A DNA stretch of 64,000 nucleotides from Alphaproteobacteria bacterium (GTDB taxonomy: Bacteria > Pseudomonadota > Alphaproteobacteria > RF32 > CAG-239): positions 9,979-73,978 of the forward strand of contig JAHHRI010000001.1 in NCBI GenBank assembly GCA_020025875.1. Direction: 5' to 3'. Both the position numbers and the translations under genes were made by a program. The first letter of the stretch is position 1; every line of letters begins with the position of its first letter. Under the pieces are notes generated by a model. The model saw only the letters and a program-made list of their open reading frames with translations, was not told the origin of the DNA and ran no database searches. Shown in pieces: positions 46,776-55,954 of the stretch.

Positions 46776-47129
46776 CTATTTGCGTTTACCGATTAAGCGC
46801 AGATAGTCAATGATGTAAACCACGATCAAAAAGCAAAAAGCACGCAAACAAATGATGTAAGCCCCTGCTTTCACGCTAAAAAAGAACACTTGAACAACCA
46901 TTGACGTCACAAAAGAGCAACCCAACATCGTCAACCAGTAGTATTTGACTTTGCTAAAAGCAAATGCACATACGATTGCGGGGACAAAAATTTTCCAATC
47001 TACAATCATCGACTGCAAAATGCCGAGACTGACGGGAATAAATTTGGTACCGGTCAGCATACCGGTAATAATAGCGACAACCGCCACTATCAAAATGCCG
47101 AAATAAATCTTTTTCAAACTCATGGTCAA
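46776..47129 (-). CDS. Small integral membrane protein (117 aa, ~4 TM)
   Basis: Hydrophobicity pattern only. Confidence 0.4.
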   Translation of the reverse strand: MTMSLKKIYFGILIVAVVAIITGMLTGTKFIPVSLGILQSMIVDWKIFVPAIVCAFAFSKVKYYWLTMLGCSFVTSMVVQVFFFSVKAGAYIICLRAFCFLIVVYIIDYLRLIGKRK

Positions 47130-47256
47130 TTCCTTTTATAGTAAAATGATTTGTTCGGAGCATAACAACATTTATTTATTTTTGCAAACTATTTAATAAA
47201 AACTCCGGCCATTGTCTTGCCGGAGTTTCTAAAAGCACGATCAGCGCTAAGATGGT

Positions 47257-47814
47257 TTAAAAAGTATATCTGATACCTGCGGTTACTTCCATCAGATTAT
47301 CCAGATGCTTGGCGCCGATGTAGCTGTAACGCCCGACCACGCGTGCTGAAAAATTCTCGTTGAAATCATACTGCGCGCCGATACCTGCACGATAGCCAAG
47401 TCTTTGCTTATCAATATTGCCTGTTTTGTATTTGGCTTTCATATTATAATTTGCCATTCCGAGCGAACCGAGCAAATTCAAACCGTTGCAACCGATCGGC
47501 AGATAGCCGTAGGCATCCAGACCATAAGCATAAAACTCCGTCTTTACACGATATTCCGTTTTATCGAAAGATTTGGTTTCTGCCGACTGCTGGAAAAAGG
47601 CTTCCAAACTGGCGTAATGCGTTATCCAAGTACCAACGTTAACAGCACCGGAATTGTAGCTTTTTTTCGGTTCTCTTACCAGATCCTTATAGTCTGCGTG
47701 CGAATAGACATAATCCAAACCGATATAAGGTCTGAACTCTCTCTCCCAATCCATTGCATTTGCGCTTACGGAAAAAAGGCAAGCAACACCCGCTAACACT
47801 AATGTCTTTTTCAT
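47257..47814 (-). CDS. Small outer-membrane beta-barrel protein (OmpA-like 8-strand / Omp25-family-like), 185 aa
   Basis: Signal peptide MKKTLVLAGVACLFSVSANA, C-terminal …AGIRYTF. Confidence 0.6.
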   Translation of the reverse strand: MKKTLVLAGVACLFSVSANAMDWEREFRPYIGLDYVYSHADYKDLVREPKKSYNSGAVNVGTWITHYASLEAFFQQSAETKSFDKTEYRVKTEFYAYGLDAYGYLPIGCNGLNLLGSLGMANYNMKAKYKTGNIDKQRLGYRAGIGAQYDFNENFSARVVGRYSYIGAKHLDNLMEVTAGIRYTF

Positions 47815-47997
47815 ATTCTAAACTCCATTTATAAATAGGTTTTTGTGAACTATCATTAAAAGTCTGTTGCAAATATTATAACAGTCATATTATGACTGAC
47901 TGATGATGTAGCCATTGTTTGCGCAAATTAAAGAGTGCTTTTCAAAAAAAAAGTGCTAAATTAGAAAGAAAATATATGATAATATAGGAAAATTAAG

Positions 47998-48639
47998 ATG
48001 TTATATCCTGAAAAAAATTGCACTCTCTGCCCCCGATTGGCAGCTTTCCGCGAAGAAAATCGGCAAAAGTTCCCCACTTTTCACAATTCCCCCGTTTCCC
48101 CTTTCGGCCCGTTAGAGGCTGCTCTTTTGGTTCTCGGCATGGCACCGGGCTTAAAAGGCGCCAACCAAACCGGCCGCCCCTTCACCAACGACTATGCCGG
48201 CGACTTACTCTATCCGACGTTAAAAAAATATGGGCTGGCAACCGGCACCTACGACAAAAGGAAAGACGACGGGTTTGAGCTGATCTCTGCCCGAGTGACC
48301 AATGCCGTTCGTTGTGTGCCGCCGCAAAACAAAGTTGTGGCGGACGAAGTACGCAACTGTCGACAGTTTCTCACCGCAGAAATATCCGCAATGAAAAACC
48401 TCAAAATAATCCTTGCCTTGGGCGGGGTTGCCCACAACGCGCTGCTTAGCACCCTCGGCTACCCGAAATCGAGCTACAAATTCTCTCACGGTTCCCGACA
48501 CGAACTTTCCCGCCACAATCTGATTTTGTTCGATTCCTACCACACTTCGCGCTACAACGTAAACACCGGTGTTTTAACCACGGAAATGTTTGAAGAGGTT
48601 GTTTGCCAAGTGGTCAAAGAACTGAATCGCGGTGCCTGA
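47998..48639 (+). CDS. Uracil-DNA glycosylase superfamily protein (family 4/5-like; motif A GMAPG)
   Basis: N-terminal CxLCxxL Fe-S ligand pattern (CTLCPRL), GMAPGLKGANQTGRPFTNDYAGDLL, C-terminal …DSYHTSRYN. Confidence 0.6.
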   Translation: MLYPEKNCTLCPRLAAFREENRQKFPTFHNSPVSPFGPLEAALLVLGMAPGLKGANQTGRPFTNDYAGDLLYPTLKKYGLATGTYDKRKDDGFELISARVTNAVRCVPPQNKVVADEVRNCRQFLTAEISAMKNLKIILALGGVAHNALLSTLGYPKSSYKFSHGSRHELSRHNLILFDSYHTSRYNVNTGVLTTEMFEEVVCQVVKELNRGA

Positions 48640-50369
48640 TGTCATACGATTTGCTTATGCGGCAGGCGCTGAAACTGCACGATGAAGGGCGGCTGGAGCA
48701 AGCCGAACAACTCTACCGGCAGATTTTGGAAACTTCTCCCGATCATCCGGTTGTGCTCAATCTGCTGGGGTTGATTGCTCAGAGCAAAAATCTGCATGAT
48801 CAGGCAATAACCTTCTTTTCGCGCGCCATCGCGCAAAATCCACAATCTGCCGAATATGTGTTTAACCTCGCATGGTCGGAAGAACGCTGCGGCAAGCCGG
48901 CAGAAGCCATTAAGACTTATCTGCGGGCTTTGCGGTTGCAACCAAACATTAAAGAAGCCCACAATGCACTCGGCAACCTCTATGCCGGCACCGGAAAAAG
49001 CCAACAAGCCCGCGAACAGTACAATCTCGCGGCCATGCTCGATCCCGCCTATGCCGAACCCAGAGCCAATTTGGCAAAAATGGAAAAAGATATTCCCGCT
49101 TTGCAAAATCTTGCAACCCAATATCCCGACGAAGCTCTGATTCCCTATTACCTCAGTTTGCTCTATCGTCAAAAAGGCTGCCTCAAAGAAGCGTTGACAG
49201 CAGCACAGACGGCTTGCCGCCTCTTTGCGGACGAAAGCGGTCTGCTGCTGGCAGGTGAGCTTTCCCTCGATTTGGGTTTTAAGGCTTCGGCGCATGAATA
49301 TTTTTGCCGCGCATTGGAGTTCAACCCCCAATCCGTTACGGCATTGATCAACCTTGCCAATAACGAAACCGACGAACACAAAGCCGAGCAAATGTATCAA
49401 AAAGCACTGGATATCGCTCCCGACAATGTCGAAGCCCATATCAATCTTGCCGACCTGTTCCATCGTCAAGGACGCCTGCACGAAGCGTTGGAAGAATATC
49501 GGCAGGCCGTTATCAGGGCGCCCGAACGGGCGGAAATCAGCAACAATCTGGGAGTTATTCAAAAAAATTTCGGCGAATATGAGGAAGCTCTGGGGCTGTT
49601 TTTTAACGCCCTCACCAAGCAACCGGAAAAAAAGGAATATGCCCTGAATGCAGCGGAAACACTCATCCGATTCTACGAAAAAGATGCCGACAAAGCACGA
49701 AAAATTGCCGCAAACTGGCTCCGACAAATGCCGACAAATGCCTTTGCCGAACATCTGAACGCCGCTTTCAATCGGGAGAAAAAAACGGAAACGGCAGACT
49801 ATGCGCGCGAACTGTTTGATCTTTTTGCCGAAGGATACGAAGATGTTATGAACAAAATTGAATATCGTCTGCCGCAAGAAATAGCCGAACGGCTCAATCA
49901 GCCGAAAGGCTCAATCATCGACCTTGGCTGCGGCACCGGTCTGATCGGACAGATACTGAAAAACCAAGAAAATACTCTGATCGGTGTCGACATTTCGCCC
50001 GCCATGTTGGAGCAGGCAAAGAAAAAAGGCGTCTACGACACGCTGATTGAAGAAAACATTGAAAAATATTGCCGCCGCCTGCCGCCGGCAGACTGGGTTA
50101 TTGCTGCCGATGTTTTCGGCTATATCGGCTCTCCGGAAGAAATTATCGCCGCCGTTTTTCCGCGCCGTTTTTGCTTTTCCGTTGCCGTTACAAGCGGCAA
50201 AGACGATTATATCTTAATGCCCAACGGACGCTACCGCCACCATCCCGCATATATCAAAAAGCTTTTGCAAAAAGCCGGCTATTCGGATATTATGGAACAC
50301 AAAACCGAACTGCGGCAAGAAAACGGGCATCCGGTTGAGGGGATTATTTTTATCGCAAAGGAAAAATAA
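48639..50369 (+). CDS. TPR-repeat protein fused to a C-terminal class I SAM-dependent methyltransferase domain
   Basis: N-terminal TPR repeats (…AEQLYRQILETSPDHPVVLNLLGLI… etc.), C-terminal motif I IIDLGCGTGLIG; start ATG overlaps the upstream stop (TGATG). Confidence 0.7.
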   Translation: MSYDLLMRQALKLHDEGRLEQAEQLYRQILETSPDHPVVLNLLGLIAQSKNLHDQAITFFSRAIAQNPQSAEYVFNLAWSEERCGKPAEAIKTYLRALRLQPNIKEAHNALGNLYAGTGKSQQAREQYNLAAMLDPAYAEPRANLAKMEKDIPALQNLATQYPDEALIPYYLSLLYRQKGCLKEALTAAQTACRLFADESGLLLAGELSLDLGFKASAHEYFCRALEFNPQSVTALINLANNETDEHKAEQMYQKALDIAPDNVEAHINLADLFHRQGRLHEALEEYRQAVIRAPERAEISNNLGVIQKNFGEYEEALGLFFNALTKQPEKKEYALNAAETLIRFYEKDADKARKIAANWLRQMPTNAFAEHLNAAFNREKKTETADYARELFDLFAEGYEDVMNKIEYRLPQEIAERLNQPKGSIIDLGCGTGLIGQILKNQENTLIGVDISPAMLEQAKKKGVYDTLIEENIEKYCRRLPPADWVIAADVFGYIGSPEEIIAAVFPRRFCFSVAVTSGKDDYILMPNGRYRHHPAYIKKLLQKAGYSDIMEHKTELRQENGHPVEGIIFIAKEK

Positions 50370-50370
50370 G

Positions 50371-50694
50371 TTGGGAAGAAAAGAAGAAAACACAGGCTTC
50401 ACCTGCCGCCATTGCGGACATGAAGTGTTGCCGCTGACCGGCGGCAGCTACCGCAACCATTGCCCGTTTTGCCTTCATTCGCTCCATGTCGACATCATTC
50501 CCGGTGATCGGGCAAGCCAATGCGGCGGACTGATGGAGCCGGTCGGGGTTGTCTACAACTCTGCCAAAGGCTGGCAAATTATTCACCGCTGCCAAAAATG
50601 CGGCTTTGAACGAAGCAACATGATCAGCGAAGACCCGCGCCAGCCTGACGACATCAATGCCATTACAAAACTGATGCGCCGTGCCGCTCGCTGA
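50371..50694 (+). CDS. RNHCP-domain zinc-finger protein (likely TTG start)
   Basis: RNHCPFCLHSLHVD and CQKCGFE Cys clusters; the ORF-track ATG at 50335 would overlap the upstream gene, TTG at 50371 lies just after its stop. Confidence 0.5.
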   Translation: MGRKEENTGFTCRHCGHEVLPLTGGSYRNHCPFCLHSLHVDIIPGDRASQCGGLMEPVGVVYNSAKGWQIIHRCQKCGFERSNMISEDPRQPDDINAITKLMRRAAR

Positions 50695-50791
50695 TAGCGG
50701 TTGCTGATTTTTTTAAAGAAGCGGCTTTTAATGACATGGCGGCATACTATATATAATCAGCAGACAATACAAAAAATGAGGAGTATTTGGA

Positions 50792-51391
50792 ATGAACAAA
50801 GATTTAAGCAGCCTATATACCGCCAGAAGATCAATCTACAATCTCGGCAGCCGACAGATTCTGCGAGAGGAAGAAATCAGCACCGTTATCTCTCATGCCC
50901 TCAAATTCTGTCCCAGTGCTTTCAATTCCCAATCGGCGCGGTTGGTGGTTCTGTTCGGTAAACATTACCGCAAACTGTGGGATATTGTCTTAACCGAACT
51001 GAGCAAAGTGGTTCCCGAAGATAAAATGCCTGCCACGATTGAGAAAATACAGAGCTTTTCCAACGGCTTGGGAACCGTCTTGTTTTTTGAAGACACCCAC
51101 ACCGTCGAAAACCTCAAAAACAAATTTCCGCTTTATGCCGAAAACTTCCCCAAATGGTCGCTTGAATCAAACGGTATGCTGCAATATATGATTTGGCTTG
51201 CGCTTGCCGAAAAAAACATCGGCGCATCTCTTCAACACTACAACCCGCTAATCGACAACGAAGTCAAACTGACCTTCGATATTCCCGCCCACTGGCAATT
51301 ACTGGCACAAATGCCCTTCGGCAGCATTGAACAGCCTGCCGATGAAAAAAGCTTTTTGCCGCTCGAAGAGCGCCTAAAAATTTTCCGATAG
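50792..51391 (+). CDS. Nitroreductase-family oxidoreductase
   Basis: 199 aa, N-terminal …YTARRSIYNL…, nitroreductase fold length and pattern. Confidence 0.65.
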   Translation: MNKDLSSLYTARRSIYNLGSRQILREEEISTVISHALKFCPSAFNSQSARLVVLFGKHYRKLWDIVLTELSKVVPEDKMPATIEKIQSFSNGLGTVLFFEDTHTVENLKNKFPLYAENFPKWSLESNGMLQYMIWLALAEKNIGASLQHYNPLIDNEVKLTFDIPAHWQLLAQMPFGSIEQPADEKSFLPLEERLKIFR

Positions 51392-51421
51392 GGCAAATTT
51401 TTTAAAACATATCAAAACCGG

Positions 51422-51889
51422 CTAATATTCCGGATAATTGGTTACTGCGTTTCCCTGATTTTCAATTTGGTTAATGTCGCTATCGGGGTAAGATTGGAGA
51501 TCATAAATGCGGTTATTGGATTCGTAAAGTGTGTTTTGTATTTCGTTTTGCATTTTTTCGGGGGAATACCGTGTGCCGATTTGGGGATTTTGCGTGCTGA
51601 CTTCAGAAACGATATTGGCGGGCATTTTCTTCGGTTTCGCTGTCAACGGCAGCGTTTTTTGCATCAAACTTTGCGGCGCCTCCGGCATTTCGTCAACAAC
51701 CGGATTACCAAACGGGTTGTTAACCCCGTCCCCCTGCTCCACCATCATTTGGTTAAAAGTGCCGTTGGCATTTTCCGCCTCCCCGAAAACCACCGTCGGC
51801 TCTGCATTGTCCGAATAGATGTCTATTGATTCTGCCGCTTCCGTATTAAAAATCAGCATCATGCCCAACAAAGCAAATAAAACTTTCAT
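51422..51889 (-). CDS. Secreted hypothetical protein (start at MKVLFALLGMML, 51889)
   Basis: Signal peptide, SD AAGGA; Asn/Gln/Pro-rich, no domain. Confidence 0.45.
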   Translation of the reverse strand: MKVLFALLGMMLIFNTEAAESIDIYSDNAEPTVVFGEAENANGTFNQMMVEQGDGVNNPFGNPVVDEMPEAPQSLMQKTLPLTAKPKKMPANIVSEVSTQNPQIGTRYSPEKMQNEIQNTLYESNNRIYDLQSYPDSDINQIENQGNAVTNYPEY

Positions 51890-52083
51890 CTCTTGTCCTT
51901 TAAAAAAACATAACTTGCACCATACAAATAATCTCCGACGGCGCCCTTTCAACCTGAGATAAAAATTATTTTGCTTCCTGCGCGGATTTTTTCCGACGGG
52001 CAGTTGAACCGATTGCCAACAAAACAAAGCCCCGCTCACCGCCAAAGGCGCATGAACGGGGCTTTTTTGGAGCAAACGGTCGA

Positions 52084-53262
52084 TCAGATAAGTTTTTTAA
52101 CGTCCTGAGCAATAACCAATTCTTCGTTGGTCGGAATGACAAAAACTCTGACTTTTGAACCAGCCTTGGAAATTTCCGTCAGAGTGCCGCGCAATTTGTT
52201 GGCTTCCTCATCAAGCTCAATTCCCATATATGCCAGCCGTTGGCAAATCAGTTTGCGGACCTCGCTGCCATTTTCGCCGATACCGCCGGTGAAAACAATG
52301 GCATCAACGCCGCCCATTGCCGCCGTATAAGCGCCGATATATTTAACAATGCTGTAGATATAAACCTGCATGGCTGTTACGGCTTCGGGATCTCCGGCAA
52401 AATATTTCACTTCAACATCACGATTGTCGGAGTGACCGCACAGACCGAGCATACCCGACTGTTTGTTCAGCAGATTGTCCACTTCCTCAACGGTCTTGCC
52501 CTGCGTTTTCATGATATAAAGCGGCACAAACGGATCGACATCTCCCGAACGTGTCCCCATAACCACGCCTGCCAGCGGGGTAAAGCCCATTGAGGTATCC
52601 TGACACTCTCCGTCCTTCACCGCGCTGATTGATGCTCCGTTCCCGATATGGCAGGTAATAATTTTACCGGCTTTGCCGATCAGTTTGGCAGCTTCGCGCG
52701 AAACAAACAGATGTGACGTTCCGTGCGCGCCATAGCGACGGATTTTGTATTTTTTGTATTGTTCCAGCGGCAGGGCATACATATAAGCTTCGGGTTTCAT
52801 CGTCTGATGAAAAGCCGTGTCAAAAGCCGCCACTTGGGCAACATTGGGCAACAGCGCTTTGACCGCTCTGATCCCCATAACCGCCGCCGGATTGTGCAGC
52901 GGTGCCAGCATTGACAGTTCGTCAAGAATGCGAATAACTTCATCATCTATTAAAACCGAATGGTTAAAATATTCGCCGCCATGAACCACACGGTGACCAA
53001 CGCCGGAAAGTTCGTCAATGCTGTGCAAAACGCTGCCGAGCAACAGATCAAGCACTTCCTTAATGGCTTCTTTATGAGAAGGCAGCGGCAGTTCGGTTGT
53101 CACTTTTTCGCCGTCGCCGACCTTAATTGTGACCAAAGAGCCTTCAATGCCGATACGGTCAGCCAGACCTTTTGCCACAACTTCAAAATGATCGCCGTCG
53201 ACATTAAAAAGCTGATATTTCAGAGATGATGAACCGGAGTTCAGGACTAATATTTTTTCCAT
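52084..53262 (-). CDS. ackA: Acetate kinase
   Basis: MEKILVLNSGSSSLKYQLF N-terminus, ASKHA fold motifs; 392 aa. Confidence 0.9.
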   Translation of the reverse strand: MEKILVLNSGSSSLKYQLFNVDGDHFEVVAKGLADRIGIEGSLVTIKVGDGEKVTTELPLPSHKEAIKEVLDLLLGSVLHSIDELSGVGHRVVHGGEYFNHSVLIDDEVIRILDELSMLAPLHNPAAVMGIRAVKALLPNVAQVAAFDTAFHQTMKPEAYMYALPLEQYKKYKIRRYGAHGTSHLFVSREAAKLIGKAGKIITCHIGNGASISAVKDGECQDTSMGFTPLAGVVMGTRSGDVDPFVPLYIMKTQGKTVEEVDNLLNKQSGMLGLCGHSDNRDVEVKYFAGDPEAVTAMQVYIYSIVKYIGAYTAAMGGVDAIVFTGGIGENGSEVRKLICQRLAYMGIELDEEANKLRGTLTEISKAGSKVRVFVIPTNEELVIAQDVKKLI

Positions 53263-53303
53263 ATGAGTATTCCTGCTTTGAGAGTTAGTTTAAGTTAAAA
53301 AAG

Positions 53304-54311
53304 TTATTTTTTAGCGGCCTGCAATGCGGTAATGGCAATCATACCGACAATATCTTCCACGAGTGCTCCGCGCGAAAGGTCGTTGACCGGTGCGTTCAAC
53401 CCTTGCAAAATCGGTCCGTAAGCCTCTGCGCCGCCGAGACGTTGCAAAAGTTTATAACTGATGTTTCCTGCCTCAATATCGGGAAAAATCAACACATTGG
53501 CATGACCGGCAACCTCGCTTTCCGGCGCCTTTTTGGCAGCCACCGCCATATCAAGCGCGGCATCGGCCTGCATTTCGCCATCAATCTTTATCGGCAACTC
53601 CCGATATTCCGGCAGTTTGAGCTGTTCTTTGGCCAATTTCACGGCTTCGACAACCTTGTCCACGCCTTCGCCTTTGCCCGATCCTTTGGTGGAGTAGGAA
53701 AGAAGAGCCACATGAGGTTTTATGTCAAACTGCAACGCCGTTTGCGCGGCATCTACGGCAATGTCTGCCAGCTCGGCGGCCGTCGGATTGATAACAATGG
53801 CACAATCGGACAAAATGTAGGGTTTGCCGTTGATGACCTCCAGCACCGCAGAAGAAACGGCGCGCCCTTTTTTGGCAGATTTAATGATCTGCAATGCCGG
53901 ACGAACGGTGTCCGCCGTCGAATGATTGGCGCCCGAAACCATGCCGTCGGCATCGCCGGCTTTAATCATCATCGTACCAAAATAGTTATAATTGTGCATC
54001 TGCTTCAGCGCATCTTCGGCGGTAATCCCCTTGTCTTTGCGCAATTCAAAAAACATCTCGGCATAAACCGCCAGCTTGGGAGAGTTTTCCGGAGAAACCA
54101 CTTCGATTCCTTTCATATCCCAACCCTTGCCCGCATAATAAGCTTTTATTGTTTCCGGATTGCCGAGAACAACCGGCTTTGCCGCCCCCGCTTCGGCAAT
54201 AATGTGAGCCGCTTCAAGCACGCGTTCGTCTTCACTTTCCGGCAACACAACGGTTTTTTTGTTTTCTGCGGCTTTGGCCAACAGGTGTTTTAAATAGACG
54301 CTTTCTGTCAT
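53304..54311 (-). CDS. pta: Phosphate acetyltransferase (PTA_PTB domain only)
   Basis: Start MTESVYLKHLLAKAAENKKTVVLPESEDERVL at 54311 (SD AAGGA); conserved …SGANHSTADTVRPALQII…. Confidence 0.85.
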   Translation of the reverse strand: MTESVYLKHLLAKAAENKKTVVLPESEDERVLEAAHIIAEAGAAKPVVLGNPETIKAYYAGKGWDMKGIEVVSPENSPKLAVYAEMFFELRKDKGITAEDALKQMHNYNYFGTMMIKAGDADGMVSGANHSTADTVRPALQIIKSAKKGRAVSSAVLEVINGKPYILSDCAIVINPTAAELADIAVDAAQTALQFDIKPHVALLSYSTKGSGKGEGVDKVVEAVKLAKEQLKLPEYRELPIKIDGEMQADAALDMAVAAKKAPESEVAGHANVLIFPDIEAGNISYKLLQRLGGAEAYGPILQGLNAPVNDLSRGALVEDIVGMIAITALQAAKK

Positions 54312-54368
54312 TTGCTCTGTCCTTAAACTGTTTATAAAGAGAATTTGTTTGTAATAAACAACGAATTG

Positions 54369-54396
54369 ATCAAAAAGTCTATAAAAACTTTTTGAT
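54369..54396. promoter_or_regulatory. 10-bp perfect inverted repeat ATCAAAAAGT-n8-ACTTTTTGAT in the divergent pta/ndk intergenic region
   Basis: Read directly; candidate operator. Confidence 0.35.
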
Positions 54397-54452
54397 TTTT
54401 CGTCATATATAGGATAAGATTTGCCAAATTTAGCCAACCGACAGAGGAAAAC

Positions 54453-54869
54453 ATGGAAAAAACCTTATCAATAATTAAACCAGAAGCGGTCAGCCGCGGA
54501 TTAAGCGGAAAAATTATCGCAGCCATAGAACAAGACGGTCTGAAAATTGTCGCCCAAAAAATGCTGCGGCTGTCACACGAAGAAGCTGCCCGCTTTTATG
54601 CCGTTCACCAAAACAAAGCCTTTTTTGACGAACTGATCGAAAATATCACCGCCGGTCCGGTCATCATTCAAGTGTTGGCGGGAGAAAACGCAATCGAAAA
54701 ATATCGCCGGCTGATGGGCAATACCAACCCCGCCGCCGCCGAGGACGGAACGCTTCGGCGTTCCTACGGCGTTTCCATTGAAAAAAACGCCGTCCACGGC
54801 TCCGACTGTGAGGAAAGCGCCGAGCGGGAAATTGCCTTTTTCTTCAACCATCTGGAAATTTTAGAATAA
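54453..54869 (+). CDS. ndk: Nucleoside diphosphate kinase
   Basis: MEKTLSIIKPEAV…NAVHGSD active-site His motif; 138 aa. Confidence 0.9.
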   Translation: MEKTLSIIKPEAVSRGLSGKIIAAIEQDGLKIVAQKMLRLSHEEAARFYAVHQNKAFFDELIENITAGPVIIQVLAGENAIEKYRRLMGNTNPAAAEDGTLRRSYGVSIEKNAVHGSDCEESAEREIAFFFNHLEILE

Positions 54870-54885
54870 CCTCAGGAGAGTTTCT

Positions 54886-55938
54886 ATGAACCGCCTTTTG
54901 CTTCCCATTTTGCTGTGTACCCTGCTTGCCGCCTTTTCGGCACAGGCTGCCCAACCGTCTTATTCCGCCGATGTGAGCGTTGACGTCACGGCAGACAACG
55001 CCGCCGCTGCCAGAGAACTGGCCATGCATCGTGCCAACCGACAGGCTATCAGCGCCATTGCCGCCAACTTCACCACCCGTGAAGGAATTGCGGTTTTAAA
55101 CAAGCTGACTGATGATCAGCTGCTCAATTTTATCAGAGAAACAACGGTGTTGGAAGAAAAAACCTCCAACATCCGCTATATCGCCAAACTAAGAATTACC
55201 GCCGCCGACAAGCTTTTAAGGCAATATTTGCAAGAAAAAAACGTGCCGCTGGTTGTGGCATCTTCCGCCGAAGTGATGGTTATTCCGGTTTTCCGCGAAG
55301 GTCCCGATATGCCGCCTCTGCTGTGGGAAATCGAAAGCCCTTGGCGCATCGCTTGGCAGCAAAACCCGCCGACCATAGGTTCGGTTCGCTTCTTTATGCC
55401 TATGGCAGACAACGCGCCGTTTTTGACCACCGCCCAACAGGCATTATCTCTTGATGTTGAACTGTTTGAGCAGCTCCGAGCTCTAAACAATGGCGGCGAA
55501 GTCTATGTTGCCGAGGCTTATTACAACGGCGACGATAACCTGACCATCAGCATCATCACCCCGCAAAACGGCAAACGGCAAATCTTTAGCGTCAGCGGAC
55601 CGCGCACGTCCGAACTTTTCAAGCAAGCCGCTCACGAAACCGGTATGCGTATTGCCGACGAACTGAAGGGACGCACCGTTGTTACTTCGACTCATCCGGA
55701 AACCATCACCGTTTTGTATCAATTCAAAACCTTGAGTTCGTGGCTGAAAACAGAAGAAAAAATAGCTGCCGTAACCGCGGTTGACGATATCCGCATCAAT
55801 GCCATCGGCAACGGACGCATCCAATTTCAGATCAGCTTTGTCGGAGATTTTGACATACTCGAAAACGCCCTCCGCAACGCACATCTGCAACTGAGCAAAA
55901 CCGGCAATTATTTTACTCTGACCGATATGTCCATCTAA
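54886..55938 (+). CDS. Secreted protein of unknown function (possibly DUF2066-like)
   Basis: Signal peptide MNRLLLPILLCTLLAAFSAQA; 350 aa; family assignment from memory only. Confidence 0.45.
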   Translation: MNRLLLPILLCTLLAAFSAQAAQPSYSADVSVDVTADNAAAARELAMHRANRQAISAIAANFTTREGIAVLNKLTDDQLLNFIRETTVLEEKTSNIRYIAKLRITAADKLLRQYLQEKNVPLVVASSAEVMVIPVFREGPDMPPLLWEIESPWRIAWQQNPPTIGSVRFFMPMADNAPFLTTAQQALSLDVELFEQLRALNNGGEVYVAEAYYNGDDNLTISIITPQNGKRQIFSVSGPRTSELFKQAAHETGMRIADELKGRTVVTSTHPETITVLYQFKTLSSWLKTEEKIAAVTAVDDIRINAIGNGRIQFQISFVGDFDILENALRNAHLQLSKTGNYFTLTDMSI

Positions 55939-55954
55939 ACAACGAGATATAACA

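Noticed and set aside
48642-49877. 411-aa minus-strand ORF
   Set aside because: It lies entirely antisense to the TPR-methyltransferase gene, which has recognisable TPR and SAM-binding motifs. Treated as a shadow ORF.
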